A DNA stretch of 64,000 bases. It comes from an uncultured Burkholderiales bacterium. GTDB taxonomy: Bacteria; Actinomycetota; Acidimicrobiia; IMCC26256; JAGPDB01. The translations under genes were made by a program, and so were the position numbers. The stretch is from positions 1,464-65,463 of the forward strand of contig CAZFAO010000007.1 of assembly GCA_964516875.1 (NCBI GenBank), written 5' to 3'. Below are positions 26,814 to 36,206 of the stretch, piece by piece (within the stretch, counting starts at the first letter, position 1; each line of letters opens with the position of its first letter). Below the pieces are notes generated by a model. It made no database searches, was not told the origin of the DNA, and saw only the letters and a list, made by a program, of their open reading frames with translations.

Positions 26814-29800
26814 TTATATCGAGCTTTCTAATACCGCTTCGTTATCGTCCTGATGAGCAGTCGCTTGTGTTTGCGATTCTTCTATCGCTACGAGATCAAT
26901 GACTGTTTCGCCCGTTTCATCTTCTTCTTTGTGTGCAGGTTTTTCAATGCGCTGTTTAATGGCACGCGAACTTCCTCCGGGAGCCATAGAAACACCATAG
27001 AGCTCGTCGGCTGCTTCCATTGTTTTCTTTTGGTGAGAAACAATGAGCAACTGTGCATCATGTCGAAATTCTGCAACAAGATCCAAGAATCGCATGAGGT
27101 TCGGTTCATCAAGTGCAGCCTCGACCTCGTCCATCACATAAAACGGCGAGGGACGTGACCGGAACACAGCAAAGAGGAAAGCCAACGCCGTCAGCGAACG
27201 CTCTCCACCCGAGAGCAGCGACAAACGTCGAACATTCTTTCCCGATGGTCGAGCTTCCATTTCGATACCCGTGTTGAGCATGTCACTCGGGTCAGTCAGA
27301 GTGAGACGCCCTGCACCTCCAGAGAAAAGCGTAGAGAACAAATCAGAGAAGTGTTTTTGCACATCTTCGAATGCTTTTTCAAAAACGGTCACGATTTCAA
27401 GGTCAACATTTTTAATAACTTTGTGAAGTTCTTTTCGTGACGCTTTCACGTCATCGAGTTGCTGGTTCAAGAAAATATGGCGTTCATTGAGTTCGTCGTA
27501 CTCTTGTACTGCAAGAGGATTAATCGGTCCCATGAGCTTGAGTTCACGATCAAGTTCACGTGCACGTCCAGAAAGAGTTGTTCCTTCTGGAATTTCTGGA
27601 ATTTCCGCTTCAAGAGCCACTTCGGGTTCGCAATCGAAGTTTGCGCGCAATGCTTCGAGCGTACCTGCAAGACGAGTTTTACTTTCCGCTTCCGTGACAT
27701 CACCTTTTTGGAGAGCTCCACGAGTTTCCACCAAAGATTTTTCTGCAGTGCGACGTTCAACGCGAAGTGTTTCTAGTTTCGCTGTCGATTCGTGAGCACG
27801 CTCCGTTTGTTTTTGCCGTTCTTGGCTCAGAATATCGCGTGCGAGAATTGAATTTTGTTCGACGGCACTTGTCCGCTGAACCAAATCATCAATGGTGGTG
27901 AGCATTGCCAGATGAACATCACGTCGAGCTAAAGCAGCAGCTTGTTGTTCCGGATCTTTTGCAAGACGTTCATTCACATTCGCCAAACGCAAAGAAGCAT
28001 CCTTCAAACGAGTTTGTGTGCGTTCGTGATCTATTTCAAGGCTTCGAATTTCATTTTCTAACGACGCGCGAGAACTATCCATTTCTTTCTTGCGTGCATC
28101 GAATTCGTTCTTGTGTGCTTCAGCATGATCTCGTTGTTCGCGCAGCGTAAATGCTTGTGCACGAAGTTCTTCGACCGTTGATTCTTCTGCGCTGATAAGC
28201 GTACGCAGTTCGTTAATTTCATCATCTAATAATGCTGATTCGCTTGTTCGCGCAGCCATTCCCGATTGCGTTCCCGATGCTGTTTGTTCTGCAATCGACA
28301 TGCGTGACATGATCTCGTTAATTGTTACCGAGCTTTGTCGTTCGCGAGATTCTTCTTCTGTGGATCGCTGCACAAGAACCGCTAATCGAGACGAACAGTC
28401 CTGCAGTGCCCGTGCAGAATTATCAGCATCTCGACCAGCTGCTTCAACACTTTCTGCTGTAACGGTACGTGATGCGGTTTTACCTAAACTCCAAGCTCGC
28501 TCACCGCCGAATCGATCGCCTGCGCGAGTGACAACGACGAGATGAGGATGTGCAATTGCAATATCGCATGCTGATTTCCAATCACCGTCAACAAACACAA
28601 CATTTCTCAGAACAACGTCAATAGCGCGACGCACTCGTGGGTCATCAGAATGAATGAAACTCGAAAGCGCACGTGCGCCATCCGGAATCATAGGTGCCGA
28701 TGCATTTTCGTGTGAGCTCAACACAAAAAGTCGCGCACTTGCATCCGCAGAGGAAAGTTGAGCAATTGCTTCCTTGGCATTTTCGCTGGTGTCGACCACA
28801 ATTGCATGAGCAACATCTTCAAGAACAACAGAAGCAGCTTCTAGCGCGATGTCGTCAATGGAAATATTTTCGAGCAAGGTTCCAAGAACCCCTTGTGTCG
28901 AACGGACGTATTCGATACCTGCCTCGTTTGCATGCGCAGTAAATGTTTCTAAAAGAATGTCGTAGTGCGCTTTTTTCTTAGCTGCTTGCTCTTGGAGTTT
29001 TTTATGCTCTGCCTGGGTGGTTTCAATTTCGGAACGCAAGCCTTCGAGATTGGTGAGAAGAATGTCGCGCTTTGCATGAAGATCCGATAGTGCGCGTGCC
29101 TCTGTCTCAAGGACAGCATTTGCATCATCATTATCTTGCGTCAAAATTGCAATTCGCTGGCGAACAGCTGAGAGTCGTGCAATGTCAGCATCGAGACGGT
29201 CACGCACAACACCTAGATTTTCTTCGTGTAGTTTTTGTTCCTTGAGAATTGCTTCATAGTCGCGAACAACATCTTCGCTTGGAGCTGTTGCAATGAATTC
29301 GTCATAGCGCGCCGTCAATTGTTCATATTCTGAGCGCAACGAAGTGAGTGTTGGCTCTAACACATCTGCCGATTGAGTTAATTCTGCAATCGCATTGTCG
29401 AGTTGTTCTTTTTCGGCAAGTAATGATTCAATAACAGATTCATCTGCGGACGAATCGAGCTGAGCAACAATAGAACGTCGACGTTCACCCAACATTGATT
29501 TTGTTGCATTTGTGCGCGCAACAAGACGTTCAGCGCGAGACAGCCACGATGCCAAATCGCCATCGGCCACTTTCATCAAAGCCGCTTCAGCATCGAGAAC
29601 AGAAACATCTAATGCTGCAAGCTCTTCGAGTAATCGCTTCTCAGTTTCTTTTTGCTCGACACGTTCAGTGACAACACGTTCTAACGTTGCTCGCAGTCCA
29701 CGAATTTCTTGACCGGTGAGAAAGAGACGAATCGATGTCAATTCATCACGCACTCCATCGTGTCGACGAGCAGCATCGGCTTGTCGTTGCAAAGGGGTGA

Positions 29801-30404
29801 GTTGCCGGCGAACTTCACGGACGAGATCACCGAGTCGAGTGAGATTTCCTTCTGTCGCTTCAAGGCGTCGCTGTGCTTTTTCTCGACGCTTGCGATATTT
29901 CAAAACTCCAGCCGCTTCTTCAATAATGGCACGACGGTCTTCAGGGCGAGCATTCAACACAGAATCGAGTTGACCTTGTCCAACAATGACGTGTTGCGTG
30001 CGGCCAATACGAGAATCTGACAGCAATTCCTGGATATCGAGAAGTCGGCACGGAACGTCATTCAGGCGATATTCGCTCTCGCCACTACGGAAAAGAGTAC
30101 GAGTAATGGTGACTTCGGTAAATTCAATAGGCAAAGTGCCATCTGAATTATCAATGGTCAACGAAACTTCAGCACGACCCAGAGCAGGCTTTTTCGTTGT
30201 TCCTGCGAAAATAACATCATCCATCTTGGCACCGCGCAGTGCTCTGGCGCCTTGCGCACCTAACACCCAGGCAACAGCATCGACGAGGTTGGATTTACCC
30301 GAACCATTGGGGCCTACAACCACTGTTACACCAGGCTCAAAGCTCAGATCCGTCTTATCCGCGAACGACTTAAATCCCTTTAATGTGAGTGCCTTGAGAA
30401 ACAT
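26814..30404 (-). CDS. smc: Chromosome segregation protein SMC
   Basis: The likely start is M16 (MFLKALTLKGFKSFADKT...GPNGSGKSN). Long coiled coils, a hinge, and a C-terminal LSGGE...FYVMDEVEAALD follow. Confidence 0.95.
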   Translation of the reverse strand: MFLKALTLKGFKSFADKTDLSFEPGVTVVVGPNGSGKSNLVDAVAWVLGAQGARALRGAKMDDVIFAGTTKKPALGRAEVSLTIDNSDGTLPIEFTEVTITRTLFRSGESEYRLNDVPCRLLDIQELLSDSRIGRTQHVIVGQGQLDSVLNARPEDRRAIIEEAAGVLKYRKRREKAQRRLEATEGNLTRLGDLVREVRRQLTPLQRQADAARRHDGVRDELTSIRLFLTGQEIRGLRATLERVVTERVEQKETEKRLLEELAALDVSVLDAEAALMKVADGDLASWLSRAERLVARTNATKSMLGERRRSIVAQLDSSADESVIESLLAEKEQLDNAIAELTQSADVLEPTLTSLRSEYEQLTARYDEFIATAPSEDVVRDYEAILKEQKLHEENLGVVRDRLDADIARLSAVRQRIAILTQDNDDANAVLETEARALSDLHAKRDILLTNLEGLRSEIETTQAEHKKLQEQAAKKKAHYDILLETFTAHANEAGIEYVRSTQGVLGTLLENISIDDIALEAASVVLEDVAHAIVVDTSENAKEAIAQLSSADASARLFVLSSHENASAPMIPDGARALSSFIHSDDPRVRRAIDVVLRNVVFVDGDWKSACDIAIAHPHLVVVTRAGDRFGGERAWSLGKTASRTVTAESVEAAGRDADNSARALQDCSSRLAVLVQRSTEEESRERQSSVTINEIMSRMSIAEQTASGTQSGMAARTSESALLDDEINELRTLISAEESTVEELRAQAFTLREQRDHAEAHKNEFDARKKEMDSSRASLENEIRSLEIDHERTQTRLKDASLRLANVNERLAKDPEQQAAALARRDVHLAMLTTIDDLVQRTSAVEQNSILARDILSQERQKQTERAHESTAKLETLRVERRTAEKSLVETRGALQKGDVTEAESKTRLAGTLEALRANFDCEPEVALEAEIPEIPEGTTLSGRARELDRELKLMGPINPLAVQEYDELNERHIFLNQQLDDVKASRKELHKVIKNVDLEIVTVFEKAFEDVQKHFSDLFSTLFSGGAGRLTLTDPSDMLNTGIEMEARPSGKNVRRLSLLSGGERSLTALAFLFAVFRSRPSPFYVMDEVEAALDEPNLMRFLDLVAEFRHDAQLLIVSHQKKTMEAADELYGVSMAPGGSSRAIKQRIEKPAHKEEDETGETVIDLVAIEESQTQATAHQDDNEAVLESSI

Positions 30405-30541
30405 TGACTCCCTTTCCGCCTGGCCTGAGTCCAAAAACCTTGAACGCACATTCTAGGTGAGTTGAACCTCGCATGCTTAGGTTCTCAGCAAAACTATTTG
30501 TCGACCTTGTTATATTTCCTGAGATTGCTTATCATTGCTCC

Positions 30542-31018
30542 ATGCAATCTCTGTTTTCATTTCCCAATCCCGTCAACGAGCGCTCAGCTCGGCTCGTCGC
30601 AGGTGGGGTTGTTGTCATGTGTATTGGTGTCGTTGCATTCAATCAGATGTGGATTTTGATACCGCTGGCGTATGGTTTTGTTGCGCGAGTTGCCACGGGA
30701 CCGACGCTCAGCCCTCTTGGCCAGTTCGTCACTCGCGTTGCAATTCCTGCAACAAAATGGAAGCCAAAATATGTTCCTGGCCCACCGAAAAGGTTTGCTC
30801 AAGGAATCGGTGCTGTCTTATCGAGTGCTGCTTTTTTTGCCTGGCTCGTGTGTGACACCAGCACTCCCGCACGCATTATCACTGGGGTGATTCTGGTCGC
30901 TGCGACGCTGGAATCAGTCGTTGGATTTTGTTTGGGATGCACAATCTTTTCGTGGCTCATGAAATCGGGCATTGTCCCTGAGTCCGTGTGCGAAGCGTGC
31001 GTTATTCCAACTCGTTAG
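30542..31018 (+). CDS. DUF4395-like membrane protein
   Basis: The start is taken at MQSLFSFPNPVNERSARLVAG. It has 4 predicted TM segments and a C-terminal CEAC. Confidence 0.55.
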   Translation: MQSLFSFPNPVNERSARLVAGGVVVMCIGVVAFNQMWILIPLAYGFVARVATGPTLSPLGQFVTRVAIPATKWKPKYVPGPPKRFAQGIGAVLSSAAFFAWLVCDTSTPARIITGVILVAATLESVVGFCLGCTIFSWLMKSGIVPESVCEACVIPTR

Positions 31019-31733
31019 AAGAATCAACAAGCTGCTCTAAATATTCCAGCGCGTTCCGTGCTGCATCTTGCTCAGCAATCTTTTTCGAACGACCTAAACC
31101 TGTTCCCATTTCAACATCATTGGAATAAACGTGCGCGGTAAAGACACGATCGTGTTCGGGTCCGTCTGGTTCACAAAAATATCGTGGCTTTGTGTTGTTA
31201 TATTTTACAATCGCTTCTTGGAACCGCGTTTTGTAATCAGCAACGCCTGGATTATTCGCACTGATTTCCGCGCGCGATTCCCACAATCCCATAATAAAGG
31301 TGCGTGTCGTTTCGAAACCAAGATCTAAATACATGGCTGCGATTACCGCTTCGAGAGCATCGGCAACGATGGAACGTTTTGTCGCTCCCCCGCTGCGCGC
31401 TTCACCTTTTCCAAAAAACATAAACGAACCGAGCTCAAGTTCACTTGCAACGTCGGCCAGGGTATCTTCATTGACCACTGCTGAACGAGCTTTCGCCATT
31501 TCTCCTTCGGGCATGTTTTCATTTGTGCGAAATAACATGTCCGAAAGAACAAGGTCGAGGACTGCATCCCCTAAAAATTCGAGACGTTCGTTATTTTCTA
31601 CACCTTCATTTTCTGCACTGTAACTTCTGTGGGTCAATGCGGTCTGCAACAGCGACCAATCATGAGGCTGATACCCCAAACGCTTTGCACACGCTGCAAC
31701 GATTTCCGAATCGAGACGTTCAACTTCGGTCAC
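31002..31733 (-). CDS. rnc: Ribonuclease III
   Basis: 243 aa with NERLEFLGDAVLDLV (the RNase III signature) and a C-terminal dsRBD. Confidence 0.9.
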   Translation of the reverse strand: MTEVERLDSEIVAACAKRLGYQPHDWSLLQTALTHRSYSAENEGVENNERLEFLGDAVLDLVLSDMLFRTNENMPEGEMAKARSAVVNEDTLADVASELELGSFMFFGKGEARSGGATKRSIVADALEAVIAAMYLDLGFETTRTFIMGLWESRAEISANNPGVADYKTRFQEAIVKYNNTKPRYFCEPDGPEHDRVFTAHVYSNDVEMGTGLGRSKKIAEQDAARNALEYLEQLVDSSNELE

Positions 31734-32035
31734 GAGATATCCTTGCGATTATCAATGACGAGGTCTGCAATCATGTCAATTAAGTCTTTCACCGTTTCGA
31801 GTTCTTCTCGCTCTTGTGCATCGATACTAAACCCTAGCGCACGTTCAGTAAATTCTTCTTCCAGCGCGTCAATACAGTCTGTCAATAACAAGCTATCTGC
31901 GCACAGATCTTCTTCAAAACGCGACGATTCTAAAATCGTGGACTCTGTAATAAAAAAGAATTCTGAAATGTAAGCAATAACAATTGATGCAATATCTTTT
32001 CTGTCGAGCGAGGGTGCATCTGTTGGCGACTGCAA
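31730..32035 (-). CDS. Acyl-carrier-protein-like small acidic protein (start uncertain, no in-frame ATG after the plsX stop)
   Basis: ...SRFEEDLCADSLLLTDCIDALEEEF....I.....E.L.TVKDLIDMI resembles the ACP DLGADSLDxVELVxxLEEEF helix II region. I chose the TTG at 32035. The ORF-track start at 32110 lies inside plsX. Confidence 0.5.
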   Translation of the reverse strand: MQSPTDAPSLDRKDIASIVIAYISEFFFITESTILESSRFEEDLCADSLLLTDCIDALEEEFTERALGFSIDAQEREELETVKDLIDMIADLVIDNRKDIS

Positions 32036-32040
32036 GGAAT

Positions 32041-33069
32041 TTACCGCTGTTGGGATTGGGTACCTGCAATAGCATCGCGTATGGCATCGACAACACCGGT
32101 GGTGACACATTCCGTTGCGACTCGAAGTGCATTGTAAATTGCATTCGAACTTGATGACCCGTGCGATATCACAACGGGTGAATTCACACCGAGCAACACT
32201 GCACCACCAAAAGTGTCGGGATGAATTTCTTGTGCGGCGTGCATCAGCGCTGGAATAACTTGTGCACTCGCTTCTTTGAGTTCTTCGGCCATGAGTACTT
32301 CCATAACCAATGTCGAAACCGAACGCGAAACAGCTTCCATTGTTTTCAGAGCAACGTTGCCGGTAAATCCATCGGTTAATACAATCGTGGGATGACCCGT
32401 ACTGAGTTCTCGACCTTCACAATTACCAATAAAGCCGGGCACATCGCGTAACAATTCAAATGTTTTTTTGCGAAGCTCGTCCCCTTTAGATGCTTCTTCG
32501 CCGTTGGATAACAAACCAATTGTTGGTTCATCGATCTCGATACGATGCTGAACATACGCCCTTGCCATGAGTGCATGCTGCACCATCCATTCGGGTTCAG
32601 GATCGACTGTTGCACCTGCATCCATCAAAATTTGTCGCGGCTTTGCACCATGACCACTTCCCGGCGCGGGTAGTTCAACAGCAATACCAGGGCGAGACAC
32701 TCCCGGAATGCGACCCAACGTCAACAGCGCGGCAGCCATCATCGCACCGGTGTTTCCTGCACCCACCATTGCGTCGGCTTTGCCTTCTTTTACAAGTCGT
32801 GCACTCACCACAATAGAAGAGTCGGTTTTTTTGCGAACAGCCGAAGCGGGCTCTTCATGCATTTCAATAACTTCAGACGCTTGAACGTGGTCAAGACCAT
32901 CGACCCAACCAGCAGATCCAAGATTACGTTCGATATCGCTTTTATCGCCAACAAGAACTACACGGATACCGAGTTTTTCAATTGCTTCGAGTGCGCCTTC
33001 AATAATGACACGAGTATCGAAATCTGTTCCGTGCGCGTCGATCGCGACGGTTATAGGTTGTGTATCCAC
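32041..33069 (-). CDS. plsX: Phosphate acyltransferase PlsX
   Basis: 342 aa with ITVAIDAHG.D......I.GA and ...TDGFTGNVALKTMEA. Confidence 0.9.
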   Translation of the reverse strand: MDTQPITVAIDAHGTDFDTRVIIEGALEAIEKLGIRVVLVGDKSDIERNLGSAGWVDGLDHVQASEVIEMHEEPASAVRKKTDSSIVVSARLVKEGKADAMVGAGNTGAMMAAALLTLGRIPGVSRPGIAVELPAPGSGHGAKPRQILMDAGATVDPEPEWMVQHALMARAYVQHRIEIDEPTIGLLSNGEEASKGDELRKKTFELLRDVPGFIGNCEGRELSTGHPTIVLTDGFTGNVALKTMEAVSRSVSTLVMEVLMAEELKEASAQVIPALMHAAQEIHPDTFGGAVLLGVNSPVVISHGSSSSNAIYNALRVATECVTTGVVDAIRDAIAGTQSQQR

Positions 33070-33087
33070 GAAGGAAAGATTAGTGGA

Positions 33088-33276
33088 CTAACCGACGTCT
33101 ACAGCGACGCGATCTTTATACCAACCACAGTTTGAACAAACAACGTGAGGAAGTTTCACTACACCACAGTTAGAACATGATGACTTTGCAGATGCTTGTA
33201 ATGTCCAAGACGATGCTCTTCGTGATCGAGTTTTACTGTGAGGAGTTTTTCGTTTCGGTTCAACCATTGCGGTCAC
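33088..33276 (-). CDS. rpmF: 50S ribosomal protein L32
   Basis: 62 aa with MAVPKRKTPHSKTRSRRA-like TAMVEPKRKTPHSKTRSRRAS and a CSNCG...CSNCG zinc ribbon. Confidence 0.9.
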   Translation of the reverse strand: MTAMVEPKRKTPHSKTRSRRASSWTLQASAKSSCSNCGVVKLPHVVCSNCGWYKDRVAVDVG

Positions 33277-33371
33277 GTCCTTTTGTTGTTAAATCTTGTA
33301 CACAGCTTTTCCCAGCTCTGTGCAGGCGAAATAGTCTACTTGGTATTGCTGGTGGATTTCTAGGTGGCGCT

Positions 33372-33854
33372 TTATCGCTGAGGAAACCAGTCTCTGAGGC
33401 GGTCTATAATGCCCAATCCCCGCAAGGGAGCATTAGCAGTACGCGCAACAGCGTGTTGATCGAGCATTCGGCACATTCGTTCAACGGACAGGTGAAATAA
33501 TTCAATGTCGTCGTAATCAGATCGACCAGGCTCGTTTTGAGGTTTCTGCTCTCTTCGTTCATCCATAAAAGAGATAAATGCTTCAGCAATATCGTCAGCA
33601 ATAACTTGTCGAAGCATTCTGTGCTGTTCGTCGACGGTGTTCTCCATCGGAGTAGCCGGTAGCGCTACGCTGACGGTTTGAACGCCAAGGAGTTCTATTT
33701 CACAATTCAAATTTGGAGCATCTTTATGAAGTTGGTGTCCAACCATGAGCGTTGAGCGCCGACCGTCACGACGAAAGTCAAGCGAGACCGCTGTTGTATT
33801 CTCGGGGCTCCAATACATGTGATGGTAATGGGCAGTGCCTGAATATCTACTCAT
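33372..33854 (-). CDS. Hypothetical protein inserted between yceD and rpmF
   Basis: 160-aa ORF with SD-like GGAGGAAAA upstream of the ATG. I recognise no motifs. Confidence 0.45.
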   Translation of the reverse strand: MSRYSGTAHYHHMYWSPENTTAVSLDFRRDGRRSTLMVGHQLHKDAPNLNCEIELLGVQTVSVALPATPMENTVDEQHRMLRQVIADDIAEAFISFMDERREQKPQNEPGRSDYDDIELFHLSVERMCRMLDQHAVARTANAPLRGLGIIDRLRDWFPQR

Positions 33855-33888
33855 TTTTCCTCCTTGATTTCATCCATTGTGCGTTATG

Positions 33889-34455
33889 TTAATCCTCATC
33901 GTCAAATTTCAGTTGATCGAGTGCTGCCCAGGGGTTTTTCTTTTCCGTAATGACATCGTCTATCCCGCCAATGACATGATCGGAAATGTTACCTAAATCT
34001 TTCGCGATAAAAGGAGTTACCTGAGCCGAACACACTGCGCAATTTTCTGGCCCATGTCCGCACACGGGAGCGAGTGGCAAGCTCGTGAGAAGTATGTCAC
34101 GAAGCATTTGTTCAATATCGAGATCTTCTCCTTTGAAACGATAGACATCCTCGTCTTCCTCTTGCATTCGTTCGCGCAGTCGCACTTCTTCAAAGAGTTC
34201 ATTGTTGACCGTCACGCGAATCGGTTCAACGATATCGATGAGTCCGTAGCTACATTGTGCAGAATAATTTCCTTGCAACAATCCATGAATCACAATTCCA
34301 TGCGGAACACTTTCTAGGGTGAGATCACAGGTGATGTCATCAATAATCTGTGCAACATTGGTAGAAAAAGATTCTCCCGGAACAACTATGTGGATATCAC
34401 GACGCGAACCGACATGACTTCGGAGATCACCAACATAGATCGACGTTTCGATCAT
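33889..34455 (-). CDS. yceD: YceD/DUF177 family protein
   Basis: 188 aa. It has a Cys cluster (CGHGPENCAVC) and an acidic tail, and it holds the conserved position upstream of rpmF. Confidence 0.75.
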   Translation of the reverse strand: MIETSIYVGDLRSHVGSRRDIHIVVPGESFSTNVAQIIDDITCDLTLESVPHGIVIHGLLQGNYSAQCSYGLIDIVEPIRVTVNNELFEEVRLRERMQEEDEDVYRFKGEDLDIEQMLRDILLTSLPLAPVCGHGPENCAVCSAQVTPFIAKDLGNISDHVIGGIDDVITEKKNPWAALDQLKFDDED

Positions 34456-34460
34456 AGAAA

Positions 34461-35030
34461 TTAATTGTCTTGATCGAAGAATCCGTTTTCCGCTGTCTCT
34501 TCCAGAACAACAGATTCTTGTTCTTCAAGTTGAACAGACAAACGATCGCGACCTTTTTGGATCGTCTGCATCGTGCGGTCCAAGATCACTTCAAAACTGG
34601 CAAGCTTTTGGTCGATATAATCTTCTGCTTCGTGCTGGATCTGTCGCGCATTTGATTCCGCTTCGGTCACGATATGTTGTGCAGTGGCTTCACTTTGACG
34701 AACAATTTCGCGCTCTTCGACCATGCGAGCAGCCGTTGCTGCTGCACGTTCTCGAATCTCATCGGCATCCCGGCGTGCTTCGACGAGAAACTCTTCACGT
34801 TCTTTCAACAACCATCGAGCGTGGCGTAATTCTTCGGGTAAACCATCGAGTGCGTCATCGAGCAATTCGAGAAGCTCTTCGCGATTGACGAGCACCGACG
34901 CGGACATGGGCATGGAACGAGCGGTGTCAATTAAGTCACGAACTCGTAAGAGAAGTTCCTCAACACCAACGGGCGTTGGAGTGAAATCTTCTTCCATGAT
35001 GATTTCTTCTTCTAGATCTAAATCTGACAT
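34461..35030 (-). CDS. Acidic coiled-coil protein (ATP-synthase-b/DivIVA-like heptad region); function unknown
   Basis: 189 aa, highly charged and helical (EEREEFLVEARRDADEIRERAAATAARMVEEREIV...). Confidence 0.45.
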   Translation of the reverse strand: MSDLDLEEEIIMEEDFTPTPVGVEELLLRVRDLIDTARSMPMSASVLVNREELLELLDDALDGLPEELRHARWLLKEREEFLVEARRDADEIRERAAATAARMVEEREIVRQSEATAQHIVTEAESNARQIQHEAEDYIDQKLASFEVILDRTMQTIQKGRDRLSVQLEEQESVVLEETAENGFFDQDN

Positions 35031-35061
35031 TGTTCCTCCTGCGGACCAATAGGTTACTATC

Positions 35062-35544
35062 CTACGTTTCTAATGCAAAACGGTTGGCGATATCGGCGGC
35101 AATTGCCGTTGGTACCAGGGAAGATACGTCTCCTCCGTAGCGTGCGATATCGCGCACCATTGATGAAGATAAAAAGCTGTGTTGCGGATTGGTACTTAAA
35201 AAAACTGTTTCGATATGACTGAGTTGGCGATTTGCTTGTGCCATTTGAAGTTCATAATCAAAGTCGGAAACAGCGCGCAGACCTTTCACGACGACATTGG
35301 CCCCTACTTCGCGTGCGCATTCGACAAGCAGTCCGTCGAAAGAAATGACGTTGATATTGGGGTTGCCCTTCAGCGATCGGTTGAGAAAATCGACACGTTC
35401 GTCAGATGTTAACGTCGTTTTTTTTGTTGCATTACGGATAACAGCAACAGTCACCGAATCAAAAAGTTGAGCTGCACGCTCGATAATTTCGATATGACCA
35501 TTGGTCGGTGGATCAAAACTGCCCGGGCACAGTGCGTGACTCAT
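35062..35544 (-). CDS. coaD: Phosphopantetheine adenylyltransferase
   Basis: 160 aa starting CPGSFDPPTNGHIEIIERA, with ...KGLRAVSDFDYELQMA. Confidence 0.95.
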   Translation of the reverse strand: MSHALCPGSFDPPTNGHIEIIERAAQLFDSVTVAVIRNATKKTTLTSDERVDFLNRSLKGNPNINVISFDGLLVECAREVGANVVVKGLRAVSDFDYELQMAQANRQLSHIETVFLSTNPQHSFLSSSMVRDIARYGGDVSSLVPTAIAADIANRFALET

Positions 35545-35561
35545 GCAGCGATTCTACTCGC

Positions 35562-36131
35562 CTACTTTGCGCGAAGGATAACTACACCTGTGTTTCCCAT
35601 TTTTCGCGAGGCAATAATCTCTTCAGTGCGCGGATATGTTGCGAACTCTTCTTCGCATTGAGCGAGTTTGCGCGATGTTGTTTCGTACACCAAATACCCA
35701 CCGGAAGCGACTGTGGTGACGATCTCGATTTCAACATCATCGTCATAGGGAGGGTCCGCCAACACGAGATCGTATTGGTGGAGGTTTTTTGACGACTGCA
35801 CAAATGTCAGCACCGGCGTGCGAAGTACGTTTAAGTTTTTGCGCGCTCCGTCGATTCGTTTTTCTACAGCTGAGATGTTTTCCGAAATTGTGGTGCATGC
35901 ATTTTTATCGGTTTCGACAAATGTAACGTCATGCGCGCCCCGAGAAAATGCTTCGATCCCCAGCGCGCCTGTTCCCGCATAAAGATCGGCGACACGCTTG
36001 TCGTCAAAATCAATACGCGCAGCCAAGATATTGAAGATGCTTTCGCGAACGGAGTCGCTGGTGGGTCGAGTGGTTTCCGAAACGGTTTGGGACAGGGTCA
36101 TGCCCTTCAGCTCACCCGCAACAATTCTCAT
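35562..36131 (-). CDS. rsmD: 16S rRNA (guanine966-N2)-methyltransferase RsmD
   Basis: 189 aa with MRIVAGELKG..L.......TRPTSD.VRESIFNIL, DLYAGTGALGIEA and ADPPY. Confidence 0.9.
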   Translation of the reverse strand: MRIVAGELKGMTLSQTVSETTRPTSDSVRESIFNILAARIDFDDKRVADLYAGTGALGIEAFSRGAHDVTFVETDKNACTTISENISAVEKRIDGARKNLNVLRTPVLTFVQSSKNLHQYDLVLADPPYDDDVEIEIVTTVASGGYLVYETTSRKLAQCEEEFATYPRTEEIIASRKMGNTGVVILRAK

Positions 36132-36206
36132 CCCACCATCCTAATTTCTCCGTGATGGCTGCCAGGGGCCGCGGATTCCGCTGCTAAAACGTACACTCAC
36201 AAGGAT

